A program made the position numbers and the translations under genes. Below the pieces are notes generated by a model. The model had not been told where the DNA came from, searched no databases, and saw only the letters and a list, made by a program, of their open reading frames with translations. Shown here in pieces: positions 20,694 through 32,574 of a stretch of 64,000 nt of DNA. Each line of letters starts with the position of its first letter. Position 1 is the stretch's first letter. This stretch comes from an uncultured Pelagibacteraceae bacterium (lineage in GTDB: Bacteria; Pseudomonadota; Alphaproteobacteria; Pelagibacterales; Pelagibacteraceae), in contig CACHUY010000003.1 of the NCBI GenBank assembly GCA_902583295.1, positions 694 to 64,693 of the forward strand. The letters are read 5' to 3'.

Positions 20694-22025
20694 ATGACAA
20701 TATATGCCTTATCAAGCGGCCCTGGGACCTCAGGAATTGCAGTTGTAAGAGTTTCTGGAGAACAGACCTCCAAAGTTATTGAATTGTTAACTGGTAGACC
20801 TGTTCCAAAACCAAGACTGGCAACACTTAGAAAAATCAACAAAATCAACACTTCTGAACTAATAGATGAAGGTATTATATTGTGGTTTCCTGGACCTGAG
20901 AGCTACACAGGCGAGGATATGGCTGAAATACAAATACATGGCAGCAAAGCTGTAATAGATGCATTACATTACAGTATCTCAAAAGTTGAAAATTGTAGAT
21001 TGGCCGAACCAGGAGAATTCACAAAGCTGGCATTCCAAAATGGAAAAATAAATTTGTTAAAAGCAGAGAGTGTAGCTGATTTAATTTCATCAGAAACTGA
21101 AATTCAAAGACAACAAGCAATAAAAATAATGAAAGGAAGGTCAGCAGATAAATTTAATTCTTTAAGAGAAAAACTTTTAAAAATTCTGTCTCATGTAGAG
21201 GCAAAAATAGATTTTCCCGATGAAGATTTACCAAAAAATATTTTGAACGAAATTAAAAAAAGCTCAGATAATGTTTTAAAAAGTATTGAAAATATTTTAG
21301 ATGATCACAAAGTTGGAGAGAGAATTAGAGAAGGTTTTAAAATTGCAATTCTTGGACCAACTAATGCAGGTAAGTCTAGTTTGCTAAATCATTTATCCAA
21401 TAGAGATGTTGCAATCGTCTCTGAAATTGCAGGAACAACAAGAGATGTAATAGAAACACATCTTAATATTGAAGGTTACCCAGTTATAGTTTCCGACACT
21501 GCCGGTATAAGAGAGTCTAAAAATGAAATTGAAAAGAAAGGCATAAAATTATCACTCAATAGAGCTGAGGAAGCAGATCTCAAGCTAGTAGTTGTAGATG
21601 CTAAAAACCTTGATTTTACTGATGTTTTGAAGAAATTATTAGATGAAAATGCAATTTTAGTGATTAATAAATCAGATCTTTTAAAAAAAGATATTGATCC
21701 TGAAATAAAAAAAATTAATCACGTTTTAATTTCAATTAAAGACAATCTAAATATTGATGATTTAATTTTGAAAATAAAAAATAATCTAAAAAGCAAATTT
21801 ATAACAAGTGATGATATTTTAATAACTAGAGAGCGTCACAGACAACATCTTCAACAATGTTTAGATCACTTAAAAAACTTTAATAAAAAAAACGAAATTG
21901 AAGATTTTGATAAAGCAGCTGAGGATTTAAGATTGGCCACAAGGCATTTGGGTATGATAGTTGGAAAAGTTGACGTTGAGGAGATATTAGGCAGTATTTT
22001 CAACGATTTTTGTATAGGTAAATAA
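20694..22025 (+). CDS. mnmE: tRNA modification GTPase MnmE
   Basis: SYTGED, GPTNAGKSS, GTTRD, DTAG, FCIGK C-terminus. Confidence 0.97.
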   Translation: MTIYALSSGPGTSGIAVVRVSGEQTSKVIELLTGRPVPKPRLATLRKINKINTSELIDEGIILWFPGPESYTGEDMAEIQIHGSKAVIDALHYSISKVENCRLAEPGEFTKLAFQNGKINLLKAESVADLISSETEIQRQQAIKIMKGRSADKFNSLREKLLKILSHVEAKIDFPDEDLPKNILNEIKKSSDNVLKSIENILDDHKVGERIREGFKIAILGPTNAGKSSLLNHLSNRDVAIVSEIAGTTRDVIETHLNIEGYPVIVSDTAGIRESKNEIEKKGIKLSLNRAEEADLKLVVVDAKNLDFTDVLKKLLDENAILVINKSDLLKKDIDPEIKKINHVLISIKDNLNIDDLILKIKNNLKSKFITSDDILITRERHRQHLQQCLDHLKNFNKKNEIEDFDKAAEDLRLATRHLGMIVGKVDVEEILGSIFNDFCIGK

Positions 22026-22142
22026 TAAGCAATTTATCAAGGTTTTTAAGCATTTTTTTCAAGAAATCGTTGATATTCAATACTTATTCGTCAATAATAA
22101 GAGGTATCTTGTAAATAAATTAATCAGCTATAAGTTTATCTG

Positions 22143-24014
22143 ATGAAAAATGATTTAGCATTTGATGTAGTAGTAATCGGTGGTGGACATGCAGGTTGTG
22201 AAGCTGCAACAGCTTCTGCACGTTTAGGAGTTACCACTGCTTTATTTACCCATAAGATTGAAACGATTGGTGAGATGTCGTGTAATCCTGCTATTGGTGG
22301 ATTAGGCAAAGGTCATCTAGTAAGAGAGATAGATGCCCTTGATGGTGTTATGGGAGAGATTGCTGACAAGTCAGGGATTCAATTTAGGTTGCTAAACAGA
22401 AGTAGAGGTCCTGCTGTTCGTGGACCAAGAACACAGTCAGATAGATCTTTATATCGAAAATATATGCAAGAAAAACTTGTAAATTATTGTAATTTAAGCA
22501 TTTTTTCTGATCCTGTTATCAAGTTTATTTTTAATAAAAACACTATAAGTGGTTTTGAAACTAAAAAAGGTAAAAAAGTTACATGTAGTAAGTTAATACT
22601 AACAACAGGCACTTTTTTAAATGGTTTAATACATATAGGTGATGAAAGAACACCAGCAGGAAGATATGATGAGAAACCTTCCACAGGTTTAAGTGAACAA
22701 TTACAAAAATATGAATTTAAAATTGGAAGATTAAAAACCGGAACACCTCCCCGATTAGATTCAAGAACTATTAATTATAAAAATTTAGAAGAACAGTTTG
22801 CCGATGATGATCCTTATTTTTTTTCATTTCTAACTAAAAAAAATATAAATGAACAAGTATCGTGTAGGATGACATACACCAATCATAAGGTACACAAGAT
22901 TATAGAAAAAAATTTATCAAAGAGCGCAATGTACTCTGGTAGCATAAAAGGTGTTGGACCAAGATATTGTCCATCTATAGAGGATAAAATAGTAAAATTT
23001 TCGGATAAAGGAAGGCATCAGATATTTTTGGAGCCAGAAGGACTAAATGACCATACAATTTACCCAAATGGTATTTCGACATCACTACCTAGTGAAGTAC
23101 AGCAAGAAATATGTAATAATATCAATGGTTTAGAGAATGTCAAAATTATTAGACCCGGATATGCTATAGAATATGACTATGTAGACCCTAGGGAGCTTTT
23201 TTTAACACTCGAGACTAAAAAAATTAATAATCTTTATCTAGCTGGACAAATAAATGGAACTACTGGTTATGAGGAAGCTGCATCACAAGGTCTTATTGCT
23301 GGAATTAATGCTGCATTATCTGTCAAGGGACAAGAACCGTTTATATTAGATAGATCTGATGCTTATATAGGGGTAATGATTGATGATTTAATAACCAAAG
23401 GTGTTGCTGAACCTTATAGGATGTTTACTTCTCGAGCAGAATATAGATTAAGTTTAAGAGCAGATAATGCTGATCAAAGATTGACTGATAAAGGCATTGA
23501 AATTGGATTAATTGGAGATCAAAGAAAGGAAATATATTTAGATAAATCTCAAAAATTAATGAATATTTCTAATAAAATGTTTAAATCTCATATTTCTCCA
23601 AATAAAGCTGAAAGTTATGGTATAAAGATAGCTAAAGATGGAATTCTTAGGTCTTCAAATGAAATTTTAACCCAAAAAGGTGTTGATATGCATAAAATTA
23701 GAGAAATTTGGAGTGATATACCTTATTATGACAACGAAATTGATGAGCAGATAGAAATCAATGCACATTATAGAGGTTATTTAAAAAAACAAAAAGCTGA
23801 CATTCTTGCATTTAAAAGAGATGAAAACCTAATAATTCCTGAAAAAATTAATTACTACAAGCTTTCAGGACTATCAAATGAGGTAAAGGCAAAATTTAGC
23901 CAGATTAAGCCTAAAACTATGGGTCAGGCCTTAAGAATTGATGGTATTACTCCTGCGGCTGTATATATTTTGTTGTCACACGTAAAAAGAAAGTCTATTA
24001 AGCATATAGCTTAA
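22143..24014 (+). CDS. mnmG: tRNA uridine modification enzyme MnmG (GidA)
   Basis: [38 protein letters not shown] motifs. Confidence 0.98.
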   Translation: MKNDLAFDVVVIGGGHAGCEAATASARLGVTTALFTHKIETIGEMSCNPAIGGLGKGHLVREIDALDGVMGEIADKSGIQFRLLNRSRGPAVRGPRTQSDRSLYRKYMQEKLVNYCNLSIFSDPVIKFIFNKNTISGFETKKGKKVTCSKLILTTGTFLNGLIHIGDERTPAGRYDEKPSTGLSEQLQKYEFKIGRLKTGTPPRLDSRTINYKNLEEQFADDDPYFFSFLTKKNINEQVSCRMTYTNHKVHKIIEKNLSKSAMYSGSIKGVGPRYCPSIEDKIVKFSDKGRHQIFLEPEGLNDHTIYPNGISTSLPSEVQQEICNNINGLENVKIIRPGYAIEYDYVDPRELFLTLETKKINNLYLAGQINGTTGYEEAASQGLIAGINAALSVKGQEPFILDRSDAYIGVMIDDLITKGVAEPYRMFTSRAEYRLSLRADNADQRLTDKGIEIGLIGDQRKEIYLDKSQKLMNISNKMFKSHISPNKAESYGIKIAKDGILRSSNEILTQKGVDMHKIREIWSDIPYYDNEIDEQIEINAHYRGYLKKQKADILAFKRDENLIIPEKINYYKLSGLSNEVKAKFSQIKPKTMGQALRIDGITPAAVYILLSHVKRKSIKHIA

Positions 24015-24667
24015 TGGATCAAGAAATTATAAATTCTTACTCAAAACTTTCAGGGCTAAATGTTTCACGTGAAACGTTTTCAGACTTTGAAAGCTATATA
24101 TCAATGATCTTGCAAAAAAATGAAAAAATTAATTTAATCAGCGATAAATTTAGTGAAAAAAATGACATAATTCAGCGTCATATTATTGATTCTGCGCAAA
24201 TTATTGATATTGTTGACTTTAATAGTAATACAACCACAGATATAGGCTCAGGGAGTGGAATGCCAGGTATAATCATAGCAATTTTACTTAAAAGCCTAAA
24301 AAAGGATATAAAGGTCAAGCTTTATGAAAAAAGCTACCATAAAAGCCATTTTCTTAGAGATGTCTCTGCAAAATTAAATCTAAAAACAGAAATAATACAA
24401 AAAAATATTTTTGAAGAAAAAAAATTAGAAACAGGAACAATAATGTCTAGAGCATTTAAACCGATGCCAGTAGTTTTAGATTTAGTGAATGAAAATTTTT
24501 CTAATTTTTCAAATATAATTTTTTTTATGGGCAAGAGTGGAAGAGAAATTTTTAAAAATACTTTAAAGAATTGGGAGTTAGATTATTCTGAAAAAAAAAG
24601 TTTAACTAGCGAAGAATCTTTTTTAGTAAATGTGAAAAAAATTAAAAAAAAAATTAAAAAAAACTAA
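24014..24667 (+). CDS. rsmG: 16S rRNA m7G527 methyltransferase RsmG (GidB)
   Basis: RHIIDS, DIGSG.G.PG, SRAF motifs; lies between mnmG and parA. Confidence 0.92.
   Translation: MDQEIINSYSKLSGLNVSRETFSDFESYISMILQKNEKINLISDKFSEKNDIIQRHIIDSAQIIDIVDFNSNTTTDIGSGSGMPGIIIAILLKSLKKDIKVKLYEKSYHKSHFLRDVSAKLNLKTEIIQKNIFEEKKLETGTIMSRAFKPMPVVLDLVNENFSNFSNIIFFMGKSGREIFKNTLKNWELDYSEKKSLTSEESFLVNVKKIKKKIKKN
24061..24076. promoter_or_regulatory. parS: parS centromere site (ParB binding)
   Basis: TGTTTCACGTGAAACG, one mismatch from the canonical TGTTTCACGTGAAACA; about 600 bp upstream of parA. Confidence 0.9.
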
Positions 24668-25462
24668 ATGCAAATAATTTCAGTCATAAATCAAAAGGGT
24701 GGGGTTGGTAAAACAACTTCAGCAATTAACTTAGCAGCAGGTTTATCTCAACAGAATAAGAAAATTCTAGTTTTAGACTTAGACCCACAGGGAAATGCAA
24801 CTACTGGTCTTGGATTATCCAACATGGAAAATTCCTCAGAGACAATTTACGGGGTTCTGAATGGAACTAAAGAAATAAACGATGTAATTAAAAAAACGCA
24901 GTTTGAAAATCTTGATATAATAACATCTAACGTAGATTTATCAGGTCTGGAAGTTGAGACTGCTGATGACAATAACAGAGCTTTCTTGTTAAAAGTAAAA
25001 TTAACCGCATATTTAAACAATTCTGGAGGTACATATGATTATATATTGATAGATTGTCCACCATCTCTAAGCCTCTTGACTGTAATGGCACTTGTAAGCT
25101 CAAATTCACTTCTAGTCCCACTCCAAACGGAATTTTTTGCTTTAGAGGGCTTAACTCAGTTAATGAAAACAATTGAGAGAATAAAGGTCAGTCTTAATCC
25201 TGAGTTGGACATTAGAGGAATACTATTAACGATGTATGATAAAAGAAATAAGCTGTCTTCTCAAGTTGAGAAAGAAGCCAGAGATTATTTTAATGAAAAA
25301 GTTTATTCTACAGTAATCCCAAGGAACGTTAGACTGTCAGAGGCACCCTCACACGGAATGCCGGTTTTGATATATGACAAGACCTGCCCAGGTAGTAAAG
25401 CATATTTTAGTTTTACAGATGAATTCTTAAATCAAGAAACAACAATGGGGAGTGCTGCTTAA
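24668..25462 (+). CDS. parA: Chromosome partitioning ATPase ParA
   Basis: NQKGGVGKTT, DLDPQGNAT, IDCPPSL, EAPSHG motifs. Confidence 0.97.
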   Translation: MQIISVINQKGGVGKTTSAINLAAGLSQQNKKILVLDLDPQGNATTGLGLSNMENSSETIYGVLNGTKEINDVIKKTQFENLDIITSNVDLSGLEVETADDNNRAFLLKVKLTAYLNNSGGTYDYILIDCPPSLSLLTVMALVSSNSLLVPLQTEFFALEGLTQLMKTIERIKVSLNPELDIRGILLTMYDKRNKLSSQVEKEARDYFNEKVYSTVIPRNVRLSEAPSHGMPVLIYDKTCPGSKAYFSFTDEFLNQETTMGSAA

Positions 25463-26310
25463 TGGATTCTAATAAAATAAAAAGAGGTCTTGGAAGAGGT
25501 TTATCGTCTCTTATTGGTGAAACTAAAGTTGAAACTCAAAAAAATAAACTATCAATAAGTGACCTTGTACCAAATAAATATCAACCTAGAAAAATATTTG
25601 ATGAGCAAAATTTAAATGAGCTTTCAAATTCAATCAGAGAAAGGGGAATTTTGCAACCGATTATTGTTCGAAAATCAAATGATGATCAATCAAAGTTTGA
25701 AATAATTGCAGGAGAAAGAAGGTGGCTTGCGGCTCAAAAGGTAGGTCTACATGATGTGCCAGTTATTATAACTGAGGCAAATGATTTAAAATCGTTAGAA
25801 TTTGCGATTGTTGAAAATGTCCAAAGACATGATTTAAATCCATTGGAGGAAGCACAAGGATATAAAAAATTAATAGATGAATTTTCATATGATCAAGAAA
25901 AAGTTTCAAAATTTATAGGTAAAAGCCGTAGTTATATAGCTAACGCGCTAAGACTTTTATCTCTTCCTGACGAGGTGGTTAAACATATAGAAAACCAAAA
26001 ACTATCAGCTGGTCATGCAAAAATTTTAGTTGGGTTAGAAAATGCAACTTTTGTTGCTAGTAAAATAATTGAGAATAAACTTTCAGTTAGGCAAGCTGAA
26101 AACTTTGTAAAATTATTTAAAAATAAAAGACAAAAACCCAGTAATTTAAAGGATACAAATATAATGCATTTAGAGATGTCAATAGTTAATAAAGTTGGTT
26201 TAAATGTTGAAATCAAAAATAAAAAAAATAATAAAGGTAAAATTTCTTTTGAGTATAAAGACTTAGATCAACTAAATAAGATTATAGATATAATTAAATT
26301 TAATTATTAG
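25462..26310 (+). CDS. parB: Chromosome partitioning protein ParB
   Basis: GLGRGLSSLI, QPRK, IAGERRW.A, ENVQR.DLNPLEEA motifs. Confidence 0.97.
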   Translation: MDSNKIKRGLGRGLSSLIGETKVETQKNKLSISDLVPNKYQPRKIFDEQNLNELSNSIRERGILQPIIVRKSNDDQSKFEIIAGERRWLAAQKVGLHDVPVIITEANDLKSLEFAIVENVQRHDLNPLEEAQGYKKLIDEFSYDQEKVSKFIGKSRSYIANALRLLSLPDEVVKHIENQKLSAGHAKILVGLENATFVASKIIENKLSVRQAENFVKLFKNKRQKPSNLKDTNIMHLEMSIVNKVGLNVEIKNKKNNKGKISFEYKDLDQLNKIIDIIKFNY

Positions 26311-27295
26311 TTCTATTAGTAGATACTTCTAATATAAAATCAGTAACTAAATTAATGGAATTATTAAAATTTTTTTTTACAAGTAATTCAAGTTCATTAA
26401 GTTTGTAAATTAATTTTTTAATATTATCAGGAGACCATTGAAAAATCTGTTGTTTGGTTATTTCTTTATCTTTCCAAAAAATTGGAGGTTTTGCATAATT
26501 TATAGTTAAATCAATATTTTTATTTTTCTTATAATTATTTGACAGGACAAGAATTTTTTTTAATTTACCTAAAAAAGTTCTTGTAATAATTATACAATCC
26601 TCGTTAGAAAAATTATTTTCATTTAAAATATTCAGTATTTTCTTTTTATTTTTGGCAAGACAATTATCTATCAATTCTGAAATACTATAATTCTCATATA
26701 TATTTGTTAGCTTTGCAATAATTTCAGAATTAAGTTTATTTCCATTTTCACAATAATTTTGAATTTTTTGGAGTTCATTAAAGAGATTTTCTCTATCCCC
26801 ATTACACTTACCCACCACAGTATTAATACTAGATGAAGAAATTGAAATATTCTTTTCTTTAAAAAACTCAAAAGCTAATTTTGAAAGGGTTTGTTCATTA
26901 TCTGGATAAAAAGCTATACATAGTGTTTCTTTACTTTTTTCAAAAAATGATCTTAATTTTGATTTTTTCTCTAAGCTTCCTGCATTGAGAATAATTTTAA
27001 TATCATTGATATTTTTATTATAAATTTCTTCGATGATTTTAAGTATTTTATCAGATACTCTTTTTATTATTATTTTTTTTTGGGGTACAAATAAAGATTT
27101 ATTAATCAAATCATCAATAAACTGATTTGGATTGTTTAAAATTTCTTTTTCATCCAATAAAATAATTTCATCTTTACTATTTAAAATGTCATTTGTAATT
27201 TTACTTTTAAGTCCTTCATTTTTTCCATAAAGTAAAATTAATTTGACTTTATTAAGATTTACTTTGTTAATTTCGTAAGATTTAATTATCATCAA
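26300..27295 (-). CDS. holA: DNA polymerase III delta subunit
   Basis: LLYG.N.GL, L.KKSKLR..FE, PPIFWK motifs; leuS-lptE-holA synteny. Confidence 0.88.
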   Translation of the reverse strand: MMIIKSYEINKVNLNKVKLILLYGKNEGLKSKITNDILNSKDEIILLDEKEILNNPNQFIDDLINKSLFVPQKKIIIKRVSDKILKIIEEIYNKNINDIKIILNAGSLEKKSKLRSFFEKSKETLCIAFYPDNEQTLSKLAFEFFKEKNISISSSSINTVVGKCNGDRENLFNELQKIQNYCENGNKLNSEIIAKLTNIYENYSISELIDNCLAKNKKKILNILNENNFSNEDCIIITRTFLGKLKKILVLSNNYKKNKNIDLTINYAKPPIFWKDKEITKQQIFQWSPDNIKKLIYKLNELELLVKKNFNNSINLVTDFILEVSTNRTNN

Positions 27296-27740
27296 AATTA
27301 ATTAAGAATGGTACTAATTTATTTTTAATAGATGTTACAAAATTTCTTTTAATTGAATTCTCATAATTTCTTTGTTCGAAATTTTCACCTTCATTTTTAA
27401 TATTAATATTTTCAGTCAATATAATTATTTTATTTACCCCATTTTTATTAATATTAAATTCTATCTCAGCTCCCAATCTATAATCTGTTGCTACACCTGC
27501 AGAATTTTTAGCAATTGTTGTTCTTTCATACTTTGACACAAAACTGATATTAAAAATATTTGCTGACTCTTTGTCAGAAATTACTTTCAATTGATTTTTA
27601 AGATAATTATTAATTACACTGTCCCCTTCAGTATTAATAACAGAAATATATATTTCTTTAGACTTTTGATCTGTATAAATTGATGTGTATCCACATCCAT
27701 TAAGGAAAAATAACAAGATAATGAGAACAAGATTTTTCAT
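27282..27740 (-). CDS. lptE: LptE-like lipoprotein
   Basis: Lipobox LNGC followed by GY..IY; position between leuS and holA. Confidence 0.7.
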   Translation of the reverse strand: MKNLVLIILLFFLNGCGYTSIYTDQKSKEIYISVINTEGDSVINNYLKNQLKVISDKESANIFNISFVSKYERTTIAKNSAGVATDYRLGAEIEFNINKNGVNKIIILTENINIKNEGENFEQRNYENSIKRNFVTSIKNKLVPFLINFDDN

Positions 27741-27743
27741 AAT

Positions 27744-30278
27744 TTACAAAATTATATTTAATAATTTATCCTTGATGTATATTTTTTTTTTTATAGGTAT
27801 CTTATTGATATATTTTGTAATTTTTTCATCATTCTCAATCATACTTAAAATATCTTCCTCGGTAGTATTTTTTTTACTTTCTATTAATCCTCTTTTTTTT
27901 CCATTAACCTGTATAACTATATTTACCGTCTCTTCTTCTAGTAAAGAAAGGTCAAACTCTGGCCAGCTAATTTTTTTTGAATTTATCATTTTAAGGCATT
28001 CATTTGCAAAGTGAGGAATAATAGGACTCATTGCTATTAAAATTTTTTCATAATTTTCTTTCAGTGTAGTATTTTTATATTCATAATTAATTTGCTTAAA
28101 TAAATATGAGTACATCTCATGCAAGTTTGCTATTAATTTATTATACCCAAAATCATTAAGATTTTTAGTCATTCTCTCTATAAATCTATTTGTATATTTC
28201 TTAATTTCATTATCAGTGTCGTTTTTGTGATTTTTTTTAATTTCATCATTAATTTTTAAATTTAAATTCCATAATTTTTGAATAAATTTAAAAGATGAAA
28301 TAATCCCTTCATCTGACCATTGAATATCTTTTTCGGGTGGACTATCAGACAAAATAAATAACCTAGTTGCATCAGCCCCATAATTCCAAATAATGTTTTC
28401 TGGGTCGATTGTATTTTTCTTGGATTTTGACATAGACTCAGACGGCCCAATATTCACTAATTTTGAATTATCTTTTTTAAGATATTTTTTGCCATTTATA
28501 TTTTCTATTTCATCCGGACTTATCCAGTTATTATCAGAATCCTTATAAGTTTCATGACAAACCATTCCTTGTGTAAATAGTCCTTCAAATGGTTCAAATA
28601 AATTAAAATCCTCATTTTTATATGACAATGCTTGCATGAAAAATCTAGAGTACAGCAAATGTAATATTGCATGTTCAACTCCACCAATGTATTGATCAAC
28701 TGGCATCCAATAATCAATTTCTTCTTTCTTAAAACCATATTCTGTTTCTTTAGGCGAACAAAATCTTAAAAAATACCAAGATGAACAAACAAAGGTGTCC
28801 AAAGTATCAGTCTCACGAATTAAATTTTTTCCATTTAAATCAATTTTTTTCCAATCCGCCTGGCTATCCAAAGGATTACCTTTGACATTTAAGTTAATAT
28901 TTTGTGGAAGTTTTACGGGCAACATAGTGTCTGGAATTGTATGAATATTTCCTAACTCATCATAAGCTATAGGTATTGGGCATCCCCAGTATCTTTGTCT
29001 TGATATGCCCCAGTCTTTAAGCCTAAAATTAATTTTTTTTTTTCCTAATTTTTTGCTTTCAAGAATTTTGATAGTTTCTAATACTGAATTCTCTGGGGCT
29101 TCTAGTCCGTTAAGAAAATCTGAATTAATTATTACTCCTGGGCCAGGATAAGCCTCGTCCTTTACTCTGAAATTTTCATTTTCATCTTTAGGTCTCACAA
29201 CTGTTAAAATTTCAAGTTTATATTTTTTTGCAAAATCAAAATCTCTTTGATCATGAGCTGGACAGCCAAAAACTGCACCAAATCCATAATCCATTAAAAC
29301 AAAATTTGCAAAATATACTGGAACTTTATGGTCAGGATTTAGAGGGTTTACTGCAGTTAAATTAGTTTCAAATCCAATTTTTTCTCCTATTGCTATCGCT
29401 TCCTCTGTTGTTCCTGTTTTGGAACATTCTTTTCTAAAATTTATAAAATTAGTATCATTTTCATACAATTTTGAAATTTCATGATCAATCGATAGAGCTA
29501 GAAATGAAAAACCGAAAAGAGTATCGGGCCTTGTCGTAAAACACTTAACATTATTTATTTTAGGATTTCCTTCTATTTTAAAATCAACTTCACAACCAAA
29601 GGATTTACCAATCCAGTTTTTTTGCATGACTTTCACTTTATTTGGCCAAGATTCTAATTTATCAAGTCCATCCAAAAGATCTTGGGAGAATTTTGAAATA
29701 TTGAAAAACCATTGACTTAATTTTTTTCTTTCTACTGGTGCACCAGACCGCCAACCCTTTCCATCGATGACTTGTTCATTTGCAAGCACAGTCTCATCTA
29801 TAGGATCCCAATTGACATAATTTTCTTTTCTATACACTAGTTTTTTTCCAAGCAATTCTAAGAAAAATTTTTGTTGATGTTTGTAATAATCTTCAGAACA
29901 AGTTGAGATTTCCCGATCCCAATCAATCGATAGACCTAGTTTTTTTAACTGGGTTTTCATTTTTAAAATATTGGACTCTGTCCATTCTTTTGGATCCAAA
30001 TTATTTTGTTTTGCAGCATTTTCTGCTGGCATACCGAAAGAGTCCCATCCCATTGGATGAAGTACATTAAAGCCTTGCAACGCTTTGTAACGAGCCAAAA
30101 CATCGCCAATAGTATAATTCCGTACATGGCCCATATGAATTTTTCCTGATGGGTAGGGAAACATTTCTAGACAGTAAAATTTTTTTTTATTTTTATCTAA
30201 CTCTGTGGAAAAAGTTTTCTCATCCTCCCAAAGTTTCTGCCATTTAGTTTCTATTGATTTAAAATTATATCTTTCCAC
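27744..30278 (-). CDS. leuS: Leucine--tRNA ligase
   Basis: MFPYPSG.IHMGH, SMSKSK.N, QVNGK motifs; GTG start. Confidence 0.98.
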   Translation of the reverse strand: MERYNFKSIETKWQKLWEDEKTFSTELDKNKKKFYCLEMFPYPSGKIHMGHVRNYTIGDVLARYKALQGFNVLHPMGWDSFGMPAENAAKQNNLDPKEWTESNILKMKTQLKKLGLSIDWDREISTCSEDYYKHQQKFFLELLGKKLVYRKENYVNWDPIDETVLANEQVIDGKGWRSGAPVERKKLSQWFFNISKFSQDLLDGLDKLESWPNKVKVMQKNWIGKSFGCEVDFKIEGNPKINNVKCFTTRPDTLFGFSFLALSIDHEISKLYENDTNFINFRKECSKTGTTEEAIAIGEKIGFETNLTAVNPLNPDHKVPVYFANFVLMDYGFGAVFGCPAHDQRDFDFAKKYKLEILTVVRPKDENENFRVKDEAYPGPGVIINSDFLNGLEAPENSVLETIKILESKKLGKKKINFRLKDWGISRQRYWGCPIPIAYDELGNIHTIPDTMLPVKLPQNINLNVKGNPLDSQADWKKIDLNGKNLIRETDTLDTFVCSSWYFLRFCSPKETEYGFKKEEIDYWMPVDQYIGGVEHAILHLLYSRFFMQALSYKNEDFNLFEPFEGLFTQGMVCHETYKDSDNNWISPDEIENINGKKYLKKDNSKLVNIGPSESMSKSKKNTIDPENIIWNYGADATRLFILSDSPPEKDIQWSDEGIISSFKFIQKLWNLNLKINDEIKKNHKNDTDNEIKKYTNRFIERMTKNLNDFGYNKLIANLHEMYSYLFKQINYEYKNTTLKENYEKILIAMSPIIPHFANECLKMINSKKISWPEFDLSLLEEETVNIVIQVNGKKRGLIESKKNTTEEDILSMIENDEKITKYINKIPIKKKIYIKDKLLNIIL

Positions 30279-30295
30279 AAAATTAAATTAGAGTT

Positions 30296-30844
30296 TTATT
30301 TATTAAACAACTTTTTGTCTTTTTCTTCTTTATCTTTTTTATATAAAGCTGCTTTTTTTAAAATTTCTTTTTTAATCTCTGAAGGTAGGTTTCCACTTAT
30401 TTCTGAAAACTTACAATTGGTGAATGAATTTCCACATTTCCTATTAAAAACTTTAATAGCTAATGCATCAGATCTTATTTCATTGGTTAAAAATCTTATT
30501 GATATTTTGATGCTTTCATTCGGGGCGTTGTTTTCTGAATACCAATCAGTAATGATAATACCACCACTATAATTGACTGAAGCAAGGGGCATAAAGTCAA
30601 TTGTGTCTAAAGATGCTCTCCAAAGTTCATTAGCGTTTGCAAAATCAAATACGCCACCACTTTTTTTGAATGCATCATTTAGCTTAAATCCTCTTCCTTC
30701 AGCAAGATTTTGTGCTACCCTCTTTGCTGGATCAGCAGGATATTTCCTCGCATCTCCGCCTGGAAGCTTTCCATTGCAAGCATATAGGAAAAATGAGGAC
30801 AATATCAAAAAGAAGAGTATTTTTATGGTTTTTTTAGAATTCAT
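30296..30844 (-). CDS. DUF3576-like lipoprotein
   Basis: Lipobox LYAC; LWRASLDTIDFMPL and GG.I.TDWY motifs; typical between leuS and the porin. Confidence 0.8.
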   Translation of the reverse strand: MNSKKTIKILFFLILSSFFLYACNGKLPGGDARKYPADPAKRVAQNLAEGRGFKLNDAFKKSGGVFDFANANELWRASLDTIDFMPLASVNYSGGIIITDWYSENNAPNESIKISIRFLTNEIRSDALAIKVFNRKCGNSFTNCKFSEISGNLPSEIKKEILKKAALYKKDKEEKDKKLFNK

Positions 30845-30918
30845 TGCGATAAATCTCGTGAAAGATCTTATACAGCATATCTAGAATTTTGCTAAAATAT
30901 TAAACAAATAGGTTTTGG

Positions 30919-30936
30919 TGTTGCATAATTGCAACA
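30919..30936. promoter_or_regulatory. Inverted repeat TGTTGCA-N4-TGCAACA upstream of porin 1
   Basis: Perfect 7-bp arms, relatively GC-rich in an AT-rich spacer. Confidence 0.7.
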
Positions 30937-31049
30937 ATTTATAATTTTAGACTTAAATTAACAATTTCAACAAGGTAGATGCTTTTGATCCTGATATGTA
31001 GGTTCTGTTTATTATTAATAATTAACATTAATTTAAAGGAGTAATTAAT

Positions 31050-32051
31050 ATGAACAAATATAAAAAAATAGGTTTGACTGCTTTAGCAGCTTCACTTGTT
31101 TCTGTATCAGCTCATGCTGGAGAGATGTCAGTGGCTGGTTCTGCGTCAATGACAGTGGAAGGTTACACTGGTGAAAAATTGAACGCAGGTTCTGGTTTTT
31201 CAATGGGTAACCAATTAACTTTCTCTGGTTCTGGTGAGTTAGACAATGGAATGACTGTTTCATTATCTTTCGTATTAGACCAAGGGGATGATGCTACAAC
31301 TGTAGCGCCTGCAGCAGCGACTAAAAAATTTGGTGATGCACCATTTGATAGTCACTCTGTAAAAGTTTCTTCTGATTCATTAGGAACTTTAACATTAGCT
31401 GGTGAAGGTGGATCTTCTGCAGCGACTTCAATCGATACTTCTGCAGCTGGTGATGTATGGGATACATTTGATGGTTCAAGAGGAAACGGTGCAAGTGGTG
31501 TTGCAGTAAAAGACACTAGTCCTGGAGATAACTCAGTATTTTACACTTTACCTTCAATGGTTGACGGTTTAGATGTAAACTTATCATACCAACCTCAAGG
31601 TTCAGGTAGAGAATCAGGTACAGGTTATGGTTTTGCTTACACAGGTATTGAGGGTTTAACAGCTAAGTATGCTGTAGCTGATGAAGTAGGAACTACTACT
31701 GCATTAGCTGGAGATCAAACAGTATACAGTTTATCTTATGCTTATGGTCCAATAACTGCATCTTTGTCAAACTCTGAATACGACGATGACACAGCTAGCA
31801 GTGACCAAGAATTATCATCATATGCAATATCATATACTGTTACTGATGAAATTTCTCTAACATACGGTTCAGAAACTATTGAAAAAGAGTCTGATGCTGA
31901 TGATGCAGATTTTTCAATCATCAAAGCAGCTTACACTTCTGGTGGTATGACAATTACAGCAACTATGAAAGATGCTGACAATATTGCTCATGGAACTGGA
32001 AATACTGAAGACTTAGAGTATTGGTCTGTAGGTGCTTCATTTGCATTCTAA
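31050..32051 (+). CDS. Outer membrane porin (copy 1)
   Basis: Signal peptide ending AHA, G/S/T/D-rich beta strands, FSGSGELDNG, C-terminal SFAF; strong AAAGGAG RBS. Confidence 0.9.
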   Translation: MNKYKKIGLTALAASLVSVSAHAGEMSVAGSASMTVEGYTGEKLNAGSGFSMGNQLTFSGSGELDNGMTVSLSFVLDQGDDATTVAPAAATKKFGDAPFDSHSVKVSSDSLGTLTLAGEGGSSAATSIDTSAAGDVWDTFDGSRGNGASGVAVKDTSPGDNSVFYTLPSMVDGLDVNLSYQPQGSGRESGTGYGFAYTGIEGLTAKYAVADEVGTTTALAGDQTVYSLSYAYGPITASLSNSEYDDDTASSDQELSSYAISYTVTDEISLTYGSETIEKESDADDADFSIIKAAYTSGGMTITATMKDADNIAHGTGNTEDLEYWSVGASFAF

Positions 32052-32071
32052 TTAGTTAGATACAAATTATT

Positions 32072-32102
32072 AAAAGGGCCCCAATTATGGGGCCTTTTTT
32101 TT
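32072..32102 (+). terminator. Intrinsic (probably bidirectional) terminator after porin 1
   Basis: AAAAG-GGCCCCA-ATTA-TGGGGCC-T8. Confidence 0.9.
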
Positions 32103-32475
32103 ATCTTTTTATTAAATCGTTTACGGTGGAAAAAATTGTGTTTTGTTTATACGCCCAATCTTGTATTATTTTATTTGCTTCATTTGTGATCTTATAAAAT
32201 TTTGCTCTTTTATCTTTTAGATTAATTTCTTTTTTAAAAAAATTAATTTTTATTCCTTCTTTTAAAATATTTTGAATTGTTGATCGACTTACAATTTTAG
32301 GAGAAACATTATAACAAATATCCTCAAGTGTAGCTTTTTGATCAATTTGTGAAGCGATATAAAAAACTATTAAAACGTGTTGTCTTGTTACAAACAAAAA
32401 TTTTTTCAAAGGATTTTGTCCAGTTTGCACTGCACTATGAATGTCCTTATAAAGTTCTGTAAATATTTTTTCCAT
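32101..32475 (-). CDS. MarR-like winged-helix protein
   Basis: 124 aa; recognition helix SRSTIQNILKE and wing DKRAKFYKIT. Confidence 0.7.
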   Translation of the reverse strand: MEKIFTELYKDIHSAVQTGQNPLKKFLFVTRQHVLIVFYIASQIDQKATLEDICYNVSPKIVSRSTIQNILKEGIKINFFKKEINLKDKRAKFYKITNEANKIIQDWAYKQNTIFSTVNDLIKR

Positions 32476-32574
32476 AATTGATTATTAATTTTTAAGAATA
32501 TAAAGTAGTAGTAACATTTAATCATTGCAGATATGTGACAAATTAAAATTATAACCTAAAATAGATATTTTTTT

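Noticed and set aside
22026-22142. Possible sRNA or small ORF in the 117-bp mnmE-mnmG gap
   Set aside because: No stable structure or credible ORF; the distal part is explained by a promoter-like TTGTAA...GCTATAAG element.
31022-31036. TTAA-N7-TTAA (CtrA-box-like) before porin 1; near matches in oriC
   Set aside because: An all-A/T motif is expected by chance in such AT-rich spacers, and the oriC matches are imperfect.
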